Below, piece by piece: positions 54,557 through 64,000 of a stretch of 64,000 nucleotides of DNA. The DNA is from Alphaproteobacteria bacterium (GTDB lineage Bacteria; Pseudomonadota; Alphaproteobacteria; GCA-2731375): positions 864,001 through 928,000 of the forward strand of contig CBDDPY010000002.1 in the NCBI GenBank assembly GCA_965232515.1, given 5' to 3'. The notes under the pieces are model-generated. The model searched no databases and had not been told where the DNA came from. It saw nothing but the letters and a program-made list of their open reading frames with translations. A program made the position numbers and the translations under genes. Position 1 is the first letter of the stretch. Each line of letters starts with the position of its first letter.

Positions 54557-55602
54557 GCGGCGACGACGACATCCTGTTCGAGCGCCGCGGCCGGATCGCG
54601 CTCGTCACGCTGAACCGACCGAAGGCGTTGAACGCGCTGACGCTGGAGATGTGCCGGGCGCTGGAGGCCGAGCTGAAGGCCTACGCCGACGATCCCGCCG
54701 TCGCCGCGGTGGTGGTGCAGGGCGCCGGCGACCGGGCCTTCTGCGCCGGCGGCGATATTCGCCGGCTCTACGACGAGGGCAAGGCCGGCGGCGGCTATCC
54801 CTTCGACTTCTACCGCGACGAATACCGGCTGAACGCGCTGATCTTCCACTTCCCGAAGCCTTACGTCGCGCTGATGGACGGCATCGTCATGGGCGGCGGC
54901 GTCGGGGTATCCGTGCACGGCTCGCACCGCATGGTGACCGAGCGGGTGATGTTCGCCATGCCCGAGACCGGCATTGGGCTGTTTCCGGACGTCGGCGGCA
55001 GCTACTTCCTGCCCCGCTGCCCCGGCCGTCTCGGACTCTACATGGCCATGACTGGCGCCCGACTGAAGGCGGCTGATGCTGTGCATGCCCGCCTCGGCGA
55101 TGCCTATGTGCCGAGTGACAAGCTTGACGCCCTGATCGATGCCCTGGCCGAGGTCAACCAAGACGATGTCGGACAGGTGCTGGACGGCTTCCGCGAGGAT
55201 CCCGGTCCGGCGCCGATTGGCGAGCGGCAAGCCGACATTGATCGGTTTTTCGCGGCCGACGATGTCGAGGCCATCCTCTCGGCGCTTGACGCAGACGCCG
55301 GCGACTGGGCGGCCGAGGCGGCGGCGACCATTCGGCAGAAATCGCCGACCAGCCTGAGAATTGCCGCCGAGCAGCTCCGTCGCGGCGCTGCGCTCGAGTT
55401 CGACGACTGCATGCGCATGGAGTACCGCATGGCCTGCGGCTGCATCGCCGGTCATGACTTCTACGAGGGCGTTCGCGCCGTGGTCGTCGACAAGGACCAG
55501 GCCCCGAAATGGCGCCCCGACACCCTGGACGGGGTGACCGACGACGACATCCGGGCCTATTTCGAGACACCCGGCCAGGGCGGCGATTTGAGCTTCGAAT
55601 AG
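54553..55602 (+). CDS. 3-hydroxyisobutyryl-CoA hydrolase (crotonase family)
   Basis: [27 protein letters not shown] and [14 protein letters not shown] motifs. Confidence 0.92.
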   Translation: MSGDDDILFERRGRIALVTLNRPKALNALTLEMCRALEAELKAYADDPAVAAVVVQGAGDRAFCAGGDIRRLYDEGKAGGGYPFDFYRDEYRLNALIFHFPKPYVALMDGIVMGGGVGVSVHGSHRMVTERVMFAMPETGIGLFPDVGGSYFLPRCPGRLGLYMAMTGARLKAADAVHARLGDAYVPSDKLDALIDALAEVNQDDVGQVLDGFREDPGPAPIGERQADIDRFFAADDVEAILSALDADAGDWAAEAAATIRQKSPTSLRIAAEQLRRGAALEFDDCMRMEYRMACGCIAGHDFYEGVRAVVVDKDQAPKWRPDTLDGVTDDDIRAYFETPGQGGDLSFE

Positions 55603-55659
55603 CGGCCGGACGCTGACCCGCGCCGGCCCGTTTCATCGGTATTCATCGGGAGGAACGAC

Positions 55660-56550
55660 ATGACCAAGATCGGATTCATCGGCGTCGGCAACATGGGCGG
55701 TCCCATGGCCAAGAACCTCGTCAATGCCGGCCATGAGGTGAAGGCCTTCGACCTGTCGCAGGCAGCGCTCGATGCCGCCGTCACGGCCGGCGCGGCCGCG
55801 GCCACGTCGATCGCCGATGCCGCGAGCGGGGTCGAGGTCGTGATCAGCATGCTGCCTGCCGGCCAGCATGTCCGCAGCGTCTATCTGGACGAGGGCGGCA
55901 TCGTCGGGGCGGCGGCCGCCGGCACGCTGTTCATCGATTCCTCGACCATCGACGTCGACAATGCCCGCGCCGTTGCCAAGGCCGCCGGCGAGGCCGGATT
56001 CGAGATGATCGACGCGCCCGTCTCGGGCGGTGTCGGCGGCGCCGAGGCCGGCACGCTCACCTTCATGTGCGGCGGCTCGGAGGATGCGTTCGCCACGGCC
56101 AAGCCGCTGCTGGACGTGATGGGCAAGACCATCGTGCTGGCCGGCCCGTCCGGCAACGGCCAGGTCGCGAAGATCTGCAACAACATGATCCTCGGCGCCT
56201 CGATGATCGCCGTCGCGGAAGCCTTCGTCATGGCCGAGAAGCTCGGCCTCGACCATCAGAAGCTGTTCGACATCAGCTCCACCGCCTCGGGCCAGTGCTG
56301 GGCCATGACCAGCTATTGCCCGGTGCCGGGTCCGGTGCCCGCGTCACCCGCGAACCGGGATTACCAAGCCGGCTTCACGGCCGCGATGATGGCGAAAGAC
56401 CTGCGCCTGGCCCAGGAGGCGGCCCAGAGTGTGCGCGCCGCCACGCCGCTGGGCGCGGCCGCCGCCGCCGTCTACTCGCTTTACGAGAATGCGGGCAACG
56501 GCGATGTCGACTTCAGTGGCGTCATCCGCATGATCCGCGGCGAGAAATGA
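55660..56550 (+). CDS. mmsB: 3-hydroxyisobutyrate dehydrogenase
   Basis: FIGVGNMGGPMA, DAPVSGG, AKICNNM and YCPVPG..PANRDY motifs. Confidence 0.95.
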   Translation: MTKIGFIGVGNMGGPMAKNLVNAGHEVKAFDLSQAALDAAVTAGAAAATSIADAASGVEVVISMLPAGQHVRSVYLDEGGIVGAAAAGTLFIDSSTIDVDNARAVAKAAGEAGFEMIDAPVSGGVGGAEAGTLTFMCGGSEDAFATAKPLLDVMGKTIVLAGPSGNGQVAKICNNMILGASMIAVAEAFVMAEKLGLDHQKLFDISSTASGQCWAMTSYCPVPGPVPASPANRDYQAGFTAAMMAKDLRLAQEAAQSVRAATPLGAAAAAVYSLYENAGNGDVDFSGVIRMIRGEK

Positions 56551-56604
56551 AGGGTTCTTTAACTACCTGATTGCATACTGGCCGGCCTGAGAGGGAGCTA
56601 GAGA

Positions 56605-57120
56605 ATGCTGGCCAGAGACGTTGCGGACCGACCGGGTTCTGGAGCCGATACCACTTCGGATGCCGACAAGCGGCTCTATCTGGAAGCGCTGTTGCTGATC
56701 GAGCGGCTGCACCGTCGGCTGCTGGACGTGCTCAAGGCCGAGCTGGACAATGTCGGGCGCAACGACATCAACAACGTCCAGGCGCTGATCCTGCACAATA
56801 TCGGCGACGAGGAAGTGACGGTCGGCGAGCTGACCAACCGCGGTTACTATCTCGGCTCGAACGTCTCCTATAACGTCAAGAAGCTGGTCGAGAACGGTTA
56901 TCTCCTGCAGGAACGCTCGCCGCACGACCGCCGCTCGGTCCGGGTCCGGCTGTCGGAGAAGGGCCTGCAGCTGCACGGCCAGGTCAACGCGCTGTTCGAA
57001 CGGCATGTCGCCGCGCTGCGCCAGCAGGACGAGCTCGATATGCGCGAGCTGAGCGGCACCAACACGGCGCTGCGCGGCCTCGAGAGCTTCTGGAGCGCCC
57101 AGGTCCGTTTCGGCGGCTAA
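56605..57120 (+). CDS. MarR-family regulator, LdtR-like
   Basis: IERLHRRLLDVLK, RGYYLGSNVSYNVKKL and DRRSVRVRL motifs. Confidence 0.9.
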   Translation: MLARDVADRPGSGADTTSDADKRLYLEALLLIERLHRRLLDVLKAELDNVGRNDINNVQALILHNIGDEEVTVGELTNRGYYLGSNVSYNVKKLVENGYLLQERSPHDRRSVRVRLSEKGLQLHGQVNALFERHVAALRQQDELDMRELSGTNTALRGLESFWSAQVRFGG

Positions 57121-57232
57121 GCCGTCAACTCATCCCTTTGAACGTCCCTGCCGCGGGTGCCTTCACCCGCGCCTTGTCTCGCGCGCGCCAACGCGTTAGA
57201 TCACGCCGTCGCAACGGGCGGAGGCAGGGATC

Positions 57233-58513
57233 ATGGAACCACATCAGGGCTATTTCACGGCGGACCTCGCCAGCATCGATCCGGTGGTCCATGACGCCAT
57301 TACCGAGGAACGCAAACGGCAGCAAAACCAGATCGAGCTGATCGCGTCCGAAAACATCGTCAGCCGCGCGGTCCTGGAAGCCCAGGGCAGCGTGCTCACC
57401 AACAAGACCGTCGAGGGCTATCCCGGCCGGCGCTATCACGGCGGCGCCTCCAACGTCGACGTCATCGAACGGGTCGCCATCGAGCGGGCCTGCGAACTGT
57501 TCGGCTGCCGCTTCGCCAACGTCCAGCCGCATTCCGGGACCCAGGCCAACCAGACCGTGTTCCTGTCGCTGCTGCAGCCGGGGGACACGGTGCTGGCCAT
57601 GGACCTGAAGGCCGGCGGCCACTTGAGCCACGGCGCCGCGCCGAACATGTCCGGCAAATGGTTCGACATCGTGCACTACGGCGTGCGCCGGCAGGACGGT
57701 CTGATCGACATGGACGAGGTGGCGGCGCTGGCCGACAACCACAAGCCGAAGCTGATCATCGCCGGCGGCTCGTCCTATCCGCGCGCCATCGACTTCGCCC
57801 GCTTCCGCCAGATCGCCGACGCCGTCGACGCGACCTTCCTGGTCGATATGGCGCACTTCTCGGGCCTGGTCGCGGGCGGCGTCTATCCGCACCCGTTCCC
57901 ACATGCCCATATCGCCACCACGACCACCTACAAGGCGCTGCGCGGCGCGCGCGGTGGCATCGTCCTGACCAACGACGAGGCAATGGCCAAGGCGATCAAC
58001 TCGGCGCTGTTCCCCGGCATGCAGGGCAGCCCCATGCTGCACCTAATGGCCGGCAAGGCCGTCTGCCTGGGCGAGGCGCTGCGGCCCGAGTTCAAGGACT
58101 ATGCCGGCCGCGTGCTGGCGAACGCGCGGGCACTGGCCGAGGCCTTGGTCGCGGACGGTATCGATGTGGTGACCGGCGGCACCGACACGCCGATCGTGCT
58201 GGTCGACCTGCGGGCCCTCGGCCTGAAGGGCAACACGGCTTCGGAATGGCTGGAGAGCGTCGGCCTGACCTGCAACAAGAACGGCGTGCCGTACGATCCG
58301 GAGAAGCCCGGCGTCACCTCCGGTCTGCGCCTTGGCGCGTCTGCCGGCAGCACCCGCGGCTTCGGCGTGTCTGAGTTCGAGACCGTCGGCCGGCTGATCG
58401 CCCGCATGCTGCACGCCATGGCGGCGGATGGCGACCAGTCCGCCGTCGCCGACGAGGTGCGGGCCGAGGTGCAGGCGCTCTGCGGCCGCTTCCCGATCTA
58501 TCCGGACGTCTGA
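57233..58513 (+). CDS. Serine hydroxymethyltransferase-family protein with a non-canonical active site
   Basis: SHMT fold motifs ELIASEN, NVQPHSG, GGHLSHG, DMAH, NKN and SGLRLG are present, but TNKTVEG, RYHGG and TTTYK replace the canonical residues. Confidence 0.9.
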   Translation: MEPHQGYFTADLASIDPVVHDAITEERKRQQNQIELIASENIVSRAVLEAQGSVLTNKTVEGYPGRRYHGGASNVDVIERVAIERACELFGCRFANVQPHSGTQANQTVFLSLLQPGDTVLAMDLKAGGHLSHGAAPNMSGKWFDIVHYGVRRQDGLIDMDEVAALADNHKPKLIIAGGSSYPRAIDFARFRQIADAVDATFLVDMAHFSGLVAGGVYPHPFPHAHIATTTTYKALRGARGGIVLTNDEAMAKAINSALFPGMQGSPMLHLMAGKAVCLGEALRPEFKDYAGRVLANARALAEALVADGIDVVTGGTDTPIVLVDLRALGLKGNTASEWLESVGLTCNKNGVPYDPEKPGVTSGLRLGASAGSTRGFGVSEFETVGRLIARMLHAMAADGDQSAVADEVRAEVQALCGRFPIYPDV

Positions 58514-58953
58514 GGCACGCCGGCCGGCATGCGCATCACGACCGTTTGACGTAGCCACAGCGCCGCGGCCAGTCCCCAGGCCGCGTTGAACAGCACGACC
58601 AAGAACGGCGTCGCCGCGCCCAGGCCGAAGCCGAGCAGGCCCGCCGGGGTCTTCAACGGGAACACCAACAGGAGCTGAACGGCCGTCGGGCCGAGGCTGA
58701 GCAGCAGGCCCTGCGCCCACCAGGGCCAGCCGGGCCGCGCGATCAGGAACAGGAAGCCCCACAGCCCGCCCCAGACGATCCTGGGATAGAGCCAATCCGG
58801 CGTCAGCGCCGGCGCAATGGCGACGCCCAATGCCTGTGTCACGCCAAGCGCGCCGAATGCCCAGACCAGCAGACTGTTGGCGACGGCGCCCAGGCAGCCG
58901 GCCGCGAACGCCGCCGACACCCGCGGCGACAGGTTCTGCGATATCGCGTTCAT
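58498..58953 (-). CDS. Hypothetical 4-TM membrane protein
   Basis: 151 aa hydrophobic protein with a [13 protein letters not shown] motif; AGGAGG SD upstream of ATG 58953; overlaps the convergent SHMT-family gene by 16 nt. Confidence 0.8.
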   Translation of the reverse strand: MNAISQNLSPRVSAAFAAGCLGAVANSLLVWAFGALGVTQALGVAIAPALTPDWLYPRIVWGGLWGFLFLIARPGWPWWAQGLLLSLGPTAVQLLLVFPLKTPAGLLGFGLGAATPFLVVLFNAAWGLAAALWLRQTVVMRMPAGVPQTSG

Positions 58954-59065
58954 TAAACGCTTTCCCTCCTTGAGTGATGAACCCAACGGGTTCTTGTCAG
59001 GAGGTACGCGGGACGCTGTCGATCCTTCCGCGCCGGCGCGGCGCCGCACGCAAATGTGAGCGGGC

Positions 59066-59935
59066 TTAGCCGCCGAGGCCCATCTGCGCCAGGATCGCTT
59101 TTACCGCCGGCTTGTCGGGCTCGCCCAGGACGGCGGTCATGGTGAAGTGGTCTTCGCCGGGCATCTCCTGGTAGTCGTGCGCAATGCCGCGCTCGCGGCA
59201 AAGCGCCGAATAGTCGCGCGACTGCTTGATCCATTCCTCGGTCTCGGCAGCGCCGACAAGGATGGTAAGAGGCAGGGCGCGGAGCGGCGGGTTTTTCATC
59301 GGGCTGACCCCATCGATCTGGTCCGGGGTCAGGCGGATCAGGTCGTTCACGGAGATACCAAGCACCGGTTCGGGGTCGTAGACGCCGGTCAGGAGCACGG
59401 CGCCCTTCACCACATCGGCCGGCAGTTCGTCGGCCGTCCAGTCGTGCGCCAGCGCCATGGCGCAGAGATGGCCGCCGGCCGAGTTGCCGGAGATGTAGAT
59501 CCGGTCGGGATCGCCGCCATACTGGCCGATGTTGAGATAAGTCCAGGCGATGGCGCGCACGGCCTCGAGCACGATGTCGCCGACTCTGACGTCGGGGCAA
59601 AGGTCGTAGTTGGCGATCACCACCATGGCGCCGGCCGCGACCAGGGGCTCGGCCATGAAGGTCACGTCGGCCTTGTCCTGCGCCCGCCAGTAGCCGCCAT
59701 GGAAATAGATGTGCACCGGCGCTCGGTCGCGCGCTGCGGGACGGAAGATGTCGAGGGTTTCTTTCGGTCCCGGCCCGTAGCGCACGTCATGGACGCCATT
59801 GAGCCGCGACCGGGCCGCAGCCGACGCGGCGGCGCGCGAGTCGATCTTGGCCTGGTGGTCGGGCACCGCGACCCGCGGATTGTACTGTCGCTCGAACTCG
59901 TCCTGCGAATAGCCTCTCAGATCAACCATCGGCAT
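59066..59935 (-). CDS. Alpha/beta hydrolase, HSL/arylformamidase (kynurenine formamidase)-like
   Basis: YNPR, ETLDIF, HGGYW, YDLCP, GNSAGG and DHF motifs. Confidence 0.87.
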   Translation of the reverse strand: MPMVDLRGYSQDEFERQYNPRVAVPDHQAKIDSRAAASAAARSRLNGVHDVRYGPGPKETLDIFRPAARDRAPVHIYFHGGYWRAQDKADVTFMAEPLVAAGAMVVIANYDLCPDVRVGDIVLEAVRAIAWTYLNIGQYGGDPDRIYISGNSAGGHLCAMALAHDWTADELPADVVKGAVLLTGVYDPEPVLGISVNDLIRLTPDQIDGVSPMKNPPLRALPLTILVGAAETEEWIKQSRDYSALCRERGIAHDYQEMPGEDHFTMTAVLGEPDKPAVKAILAQMGLGG

Positions 59936-59973
59936 TTTCCCCCTGCCTGACTCGTCGGCAGCTTAACCGGCAA

Positions 59974-60858
59974 TCACCTTCGCTGCCATGGCAGCTTGGG
60001 CAAGGGCAGGACAGTGGTGAGGCCGACGATGATCAGGCCAAGCGCCAGATATTCGGGCCAGCCGAACTGTTCGCCGACGATAATGGCGCTTGAGGCGAGG
60101 CCGATGACCGGCACCATCAGCACACCCAGCGAGGCGACGCTGATCGGCAGGATATCGACCACCCGAAACCAGGCCCAGACGCCGAACACGACCCCGATGA
60201 CGACATTGTAGGCAAGCGCGAAGGTCGCGATGCCCGACAGCGGCAACCAGCCGCCGCGGTCGATCAGCAGCGCCGCCACGCAGATCGGCAGGCCGCCGAT
60301 CACGGTCTGCCAGCCGACCAGCGCGAGCTGTTTCGTCCTCCAGGGCTTGTACTTGAACACGACCGAGCCAAGCGCCCAGCTCAAGGCCGCGCCGAGCATG
60401 GCCAGAACGCCCATGGGCGGCAGGGCGCGGAAGTCGAGATCCTGACCGACCATGGTGGCGATGCCGCCAAGCCCCAGTGCCAGGCCGAACCAACGCTTGG
60501 CGGACGGCCGTTCGTTCAGGAACCAGATGCCCAGCAGGAAGGCCCAGAGCGGCATGGTGTAGGCGATCAGCACGGCCCGGCCGGACCCCAACAGCGTAAC
60601 GCCGAGCGCCGAAAAGCAGAGCCAGCCGGTGGTGCCGAAGATCGACAGCAGCAGCAGGCGGGTCCAGTCGCTCCGCGGCACGGCCAGCGACTGCCCGGCG
60701 ATCAGCGCGATCAGCAGCAGTGCGACGCCGCCGAGCTCGCCACAAATGGCGCGGAAGGTGAGGATCGGCATCTCGCTGAGCGCGATCTTCATGAAGGGCC
60801 AGAACGAGCCCCAGCCGATCGCCAACGCCGCCAGCAGCGGCAGGCCGCCGCGCGGCAT
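59974..60858 (-). CDS. DMT/EamA family transporter
   Basis: About 10 TM segments in two EamA repeats; AYTMPLW motif. Confidence 0.88.
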   Translation of the reverse strand: MPRGGLPLLAALAIGWGSFWPFMKIALSEMPILTFRAICGELGGVALLLIALIAGQSLAVPRSDWTRLLLLSIFGTTGWLCFSALGVTLLGSGRAVLIAYTMPLWAFLLGIWFLNERPSAKRWFGLALGLGGIATMVGQDLDFRALPPMGVLAMLGAALSWALGSVVFKYKPWRTKQLALVGWQTVIGGLPICVAALLIDRGGWLPLSGIATFALAYNVVIGVVFGVWAWFRVVDILPISVASLGVLMVPVIGLASSAIIVGEQFGWPEYLALGLIIVGLTTVLPLPKLPWQRR

Positions 60859-60895
60859 CCGACCCCCTCTGTTCAGTTATCGGCGCTTGGCGCGG

Positions 60896-62110
60896 TCAGC
60901 CGGTGAAGGCCTGGATGCCCGTTTGCGCCCGTCCCAGAATCAGCGCGTGGATATCGTGCGTACCCTCATAGGTGTTCACCGTTTCGAGGTTAATCACGTG
61001 CCGCATCACGTGATATTCGTCTGAGATCCCGTTGCCGCCGTGCATGTCCCGCGAGACCCGGGCGATATCCAGCGCCTTGCCGCAGGAATTGCGCTTGATC
61101 AGCGAGATCATTTCCGGCGCCGCGCGGTGCTCGTCCATCAGGCGCCCCACGCGCAGGCAGGACTGCAGGCCGATGGAGATCTCGGTCTGCATGTCGGCCA
61201 GCTTCTTCTGCACGAGCTGCGTCGCCGCCAAGGGGCGGCCGAATTGATCGCGATCGAGCGTGTATTGCCGCGCCGCATGCCAGCAGAATTCCGCCGCCCC
61301 CAGCGCGCCCCAGGCTATGCCATAGCGGGCACGGTTCAGGCAGCCAAACGGCCCGCCCAGGCCGCGCGCGTTCGGCAGCTTGTTCTCCTCGGGCACGAAC
61401 ACGTCTTCCAGCACGATCTCGCCGGTGATCGAGGCGCGCAGCGACAGCTTGCCCTCGATCTTCGGCGTCGAGACCCCCTTCATGCCGCGCTCGACGATGA
61501 AGCCGCGGATGACGTCCTCGTCGTCCTTGGCCCAGACCACGGCGACATCCGCGATCGGCGAGTTGGTGATCCACATCTTGGCGCCGTTCAGCACATAGCC
61601 GCCGTCGGCCTTACGGGCACGGGTCTTCATGCCGCCGGGGTCGGAGCCGTGGTCCGGCTCGGTCAGGCCGAAGCAGCCGACCCATTCGCCGCTTGCCAGC
61701 TTGGGCAGGAACTTCTGCCGCTGCGCCTCGCTGCCATACGCATTGATCGGATGCATGACCAGGCTCGACTGCACGCTCATGGCCGAGCGGTAGCCGCTGT
61801 CGACGCGCTCGACCTCGCGCGCGACCAGGCCGTAGGAAACGTAGTTCACGCCGGCGCAGCCATAGCCCTCGATGGTCGAGCCCAGCATGCCGAGCTCGCC
61901 CAGCTCGTTCATGATCTCGCGGTCGAAGCGCTCCTCGCGGGTCGCCATCAGGATCCGCGTCATCAGCTTCTCGGTGCAGTATTCGCGCGCCGTGTCGCGG
62001 ATCAGCTTTTCCTCCTCGGTCAGCTGATCGTCGAGCAGGAAGGCGTCGTCCCATTGGAACGATGCCATGGCGCTGGGCTTGGCGGACGTGGGCGCGGAGG
62101 CTGTGGTCAT
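60896..62110 (-). CDS. gcdH: Glutaryl-CoA dehydrogenase
   Basis: [39 protein letters not shown] and [13 protein letters not shown] motifs; start ATG 62110. Confidence 0.93.
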   Translation of the reverse strand: MTTASAPTSAKPSAMASFQWDDAFLLDDQLTEEEKLIRDTAREYCTEKLMTRILMATREERFDREIMNELGELGMLGSTIEGYGCAGVNYVSYGLVAREVERVDSGYRSAMSVQSSLVMHPINAYGSEAQRQKFLPKLASGEWVGCFGLTEPDHGSDPGGMKTRARKADGGYVLNGAKMWITNSPIADVAVVWAKDDEDVIRGFIVERGMKGVSTPKIEGKLSLRASITGEIVLEDVFVPEENKLPNARGLGGPFGCLNRARYGIAWGALGAAEFCWHAARQYTLDRDQFGRPLAATQLVQKKLADMQTEISIGLQSCLRVGRLMDEHRAAPEMISLIKRNSCGKALDIARVSRDMHGGNGISDEYHVMRHVINLETVNTYEGTHDIHALILGRAQTGIQAFTG

Positions 62111-62164
62111 CTCATCTTCTCCCAAAGGCGGGCGTCTGGCGCCGCCTGTCTTGATTAGCGCGGC

Positions 62165-62563
62165 TCAGTCGTTCGGCACGACGGCCGTCGTCTCGATCTC
62201 GACCTTGGCGCGGTCCTCGACAAGAGCCACGACCTGAACCAGCGCCATGGCGGGGAAATGCCGGCCGATGACGTCGCGGTAGGCGGCGCCGACACCGCGC
62301 AATGCGCCCAGGTATTCCTGCTTGTCGGTCACGTACCAGGTCATGCGCGCGATGTGGGACGGCTCGGCGCCGGCCTCGGCCAGCACCGCGACGGTGTTGG
62401 CCAGGCACTGGCGCACCTGTTCGGCGAAATCGTCGGTCTCGAATTCGCTCGTCGTTGGATTCCAGCCGACCTGGCCGGCGACAAAGACGGTCCGGCCGCT
62501 GGCGGCGACGCCGTTCGAAAAGCCAGGTGTCTTGGACCAGTTTTTGGGGTGCAGAAATTCCAC
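62165..62563 (-). CDS. Rid (YjgF/UK114) family protein
   Basis: FVAGQVGW, HFPAMALVQV and KVEIETTA motifs; GTG start. Confidence 0.9.
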   Translation of the reverse strand: MEFLHPKNWSKTPGFSNGVAASGRTVFVAGQVGWNPTTSEFETDDFAEQVRQCLANTVAVLAEAGAEPSHIARMTWYVTDKQEYLGALRGVGAAYRDVIGRHFPAMALVQVVALVEDRAKVEIETTAVVPND

Positions 62564-62603
62564 GCGCGCACCATGGGTCTGAAGTATCGAGGGTTCGGCC
62601 GCG

Positions 62604-62631
62604 AGGCCTGAAAATTGTTTTAGGCCTAAAA
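62604..62631. promoter_or_regulatory. Palindromic operator-like site upstream of rid-gcdH
   Basis: Perfect 14-bp palindrome TTTTAGGCCTAAAA (62618-62631), preceded by a second AGGCCT-centred half copy. Confidence 0.5.
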
Positions 62632-62793
62632 TGTATGCGGAACAACCGCGCTGTCGGCGAACCCGTGCGACAATTTGTGCGTTGCGTGGTTAAGGATGAT
62701 CGCGAAATGTTAACTGGTTAACCTGACCTTAGCGCGTAGAATTGCAGATATAGTCTTGAGAAGCGTTATGTGCCGACCTGAGGAGGCGGTGAC

Positions 62794-64000
62794 ATGGATT
62801 ACGAAAAGATCTTCGCTGAGCGTATTGCCGCACTGAAAGACGAGGGACGCTATCGCGTCTTCGCCGACCTGTCCCGACGCACGGGCGAGTTCCCGCATGC
62901 GACGCGGCACACGACCCAGGGCGAGCGCGACGTCGTCGTCTGGTGCTCGAACGACTATCTCGGCATGGGTCAGCACCCTGTCGTGCTCGAGGCCATGCAC
63001 GAGGCCGTCGACAAGATGGGCGCCGGTTCGGGCGGCACGCGGAACATCTCCGGCACAACGCACTACCATGTGCTGCTGGAGCAGGAGCTCGCCGATCTGC
63101 ACGGCAAGGAAGCGGCGTTGCTGTTCACGTCGGGCTATATCTCCAATGATGCGACGCTCAGCACGCTCGCCAAGGTCCTGCCGGGCTGCATCATCTTCTC
63201 CGATGAGCTGAACCACGCCTCGATGATCCAGGGCATCCGCAACGGCGGCTGCGCGAAACATATCTTCCGGCATAACGACGTCGCGCATCTGCGCGAGCTG
63301 TTGGCCGCGGCGCCGGCCGACGCGCCCAAGGTCGTGGCCTTCGAATCGGTCTATTCGATGGGCGACGGCGTGGCGCCGATCGCCGAGCTCTGCGACGCGG
63401 CCGAGGAATTCGGCGCCCTGACCTATCTCGACGAGGTTCACGCCGTCGGCATGTACGGCCCGCGCGGCGGCGGCGTCGCCGAGCGCGACGGCGTGATGGA
63501 CCGACTCGATATCATCGAGGGCACGCTGGCCAAAGGCTTCGGCGTGATGGGCGGCTACATCACCGCGTCGGCCAATCTGGTCGATGTCGTCCGTAGCTAT
63601 TCCTCGGGCTTCATCTTCACGACCTCGCTGGCCCCCGCCTTGACGGCCGGCGCGCTCGCGAGCGTGCGCTACCTGAAGAACTCGCCGCTCGAGCGCCAGC
63701 AACAGCAGGAGCGGGCCACCCGCCTGAAGGAACTGTTGGAGGAGGCGGGGCTGCCGGTGATGACGTCGGGCAGCCATGTCGTACCGGTCATCGTTGGCGA
63801 CGCGGTTCTCTGTAAGCAGGTCTCGGACGAACTGCTGGATGAGCACGGCATCTATGTGCAGCCGATCAATTTCCCGACCGTACCGCGGGGCACCGAACGG
63901 CTGCGCTTCACGCCGGGTCCGCTGCATTCCGACGCGCTGATGCACGACCTGGTGGCGGCGCTGAATCAGGTCTGGTCCCGTCTCAACCTGAAGCGGGCCG
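62794..64000 (+). CDS. hemA: 5-aminolevulinate synthase (nearly complete; stop lies beyond the window)
   Basis: Not in the ORF track; I translated it by hand. AGGAGG SD, then [44 protein letters not shown] and GTLAKGFG (PLP Lys). Confidence 0.97.
   Translation, partial: MDYEKIFAERIAALKDEGRYRVFADLSRRTGEFPHATRHTTQGERDVVVWCSNDYLGMGQHPVVLEAMHEAVDKMGAGSGGTRNISGTTHYHVLLEQELADLHGKEAALLFTSGYISNDATLSTLAKVLPGCIIFSDELNHASMIQGIRNGGCAKHIFRHNDVAHLRELLAAAPADAPKVVAFESVYSMGDGVAPIAELCDAAEEFGALTYLDEVHAVGMYGPRGGGVAERDGVMDRLDIIEGTLAKGFGVMGGYITASANLVDVVRSYSSGFIFTTSLAPALTAGALASVRYLKNSPLERQQQQERATRLKELLEEAGLPVMTSGSHVVPVIVGDAVLCKQVSDELLDEHGIYVQPINFPTVPRGTERLRFTPGPLHSDALMHDLVAALNQVWSRLNLKRA

Noticed and set aside
57121-57232. 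ZMP/ZTP riboswitch upstream of the glyA-like gene
   Set aside because: The conserved GACUGGCG...GGGAGC and CGCCUGGG elements are not present.
62107-62115. ATG-AGA-TGA mini-ORF overlapping the gcdH start (minus strand)
   Set aside because: The SD spacing fits the gcdH ATG (8 nt), not the mini-ORF ATG (3 nt), so it is likely chance.

Overview
This is a gene-dense, high-GC chromosomal segment of an alphaproteobacterium. The evidence is a Shemin-pathway 5-aminolevulinate synthase, an LdtR-like MarR regulator, CtrA-like TTAA-N7-TTAA boxes and the typical folK-rpoZ-rsh-pdxJ-acpS-lepB-rnc-era-recO-parC gene order. About 61 CDS were called, two of them truncated at the window edges and missing from the ORF track. 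The core housekeeping block (slt, dapA, smpB, udgB, NYN, folK, rpoZ, rsh, pdxJ, acpS, lepB, rnc, era, recO, parC) is flanked by catabolic genes: three TRAP systems, frmA, an AtuA/CoA-transferase cluster, valine degradation genes and glutaryl-CoA dehydrogenase. motAB, bpt, hemB and hemA are also present. I found no rRNA, tRNA, CRISPR array, IS element, prophage or defence system. The best leads are: (1) an SHMT paralog with several substituted active-site residues, resembling alpha-methylserine hydroxymethyltransferases; (2) a regulator-less AtuA-family cluster whose family-I 'CoA-transferase' beta subunit appears to lack the catalytic glutamate; (3) candidate translational-control elements, namely two Shine-Dalgarno-sequestering hairpins and a 6-codon uORF coupled to a threonine dehydratase; and (4) CtrA-like boxes upstream of motA, hemA, the LdtR-like gene and slt/dapA. 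Family calls come from motif recognition by eye, not from database searches.
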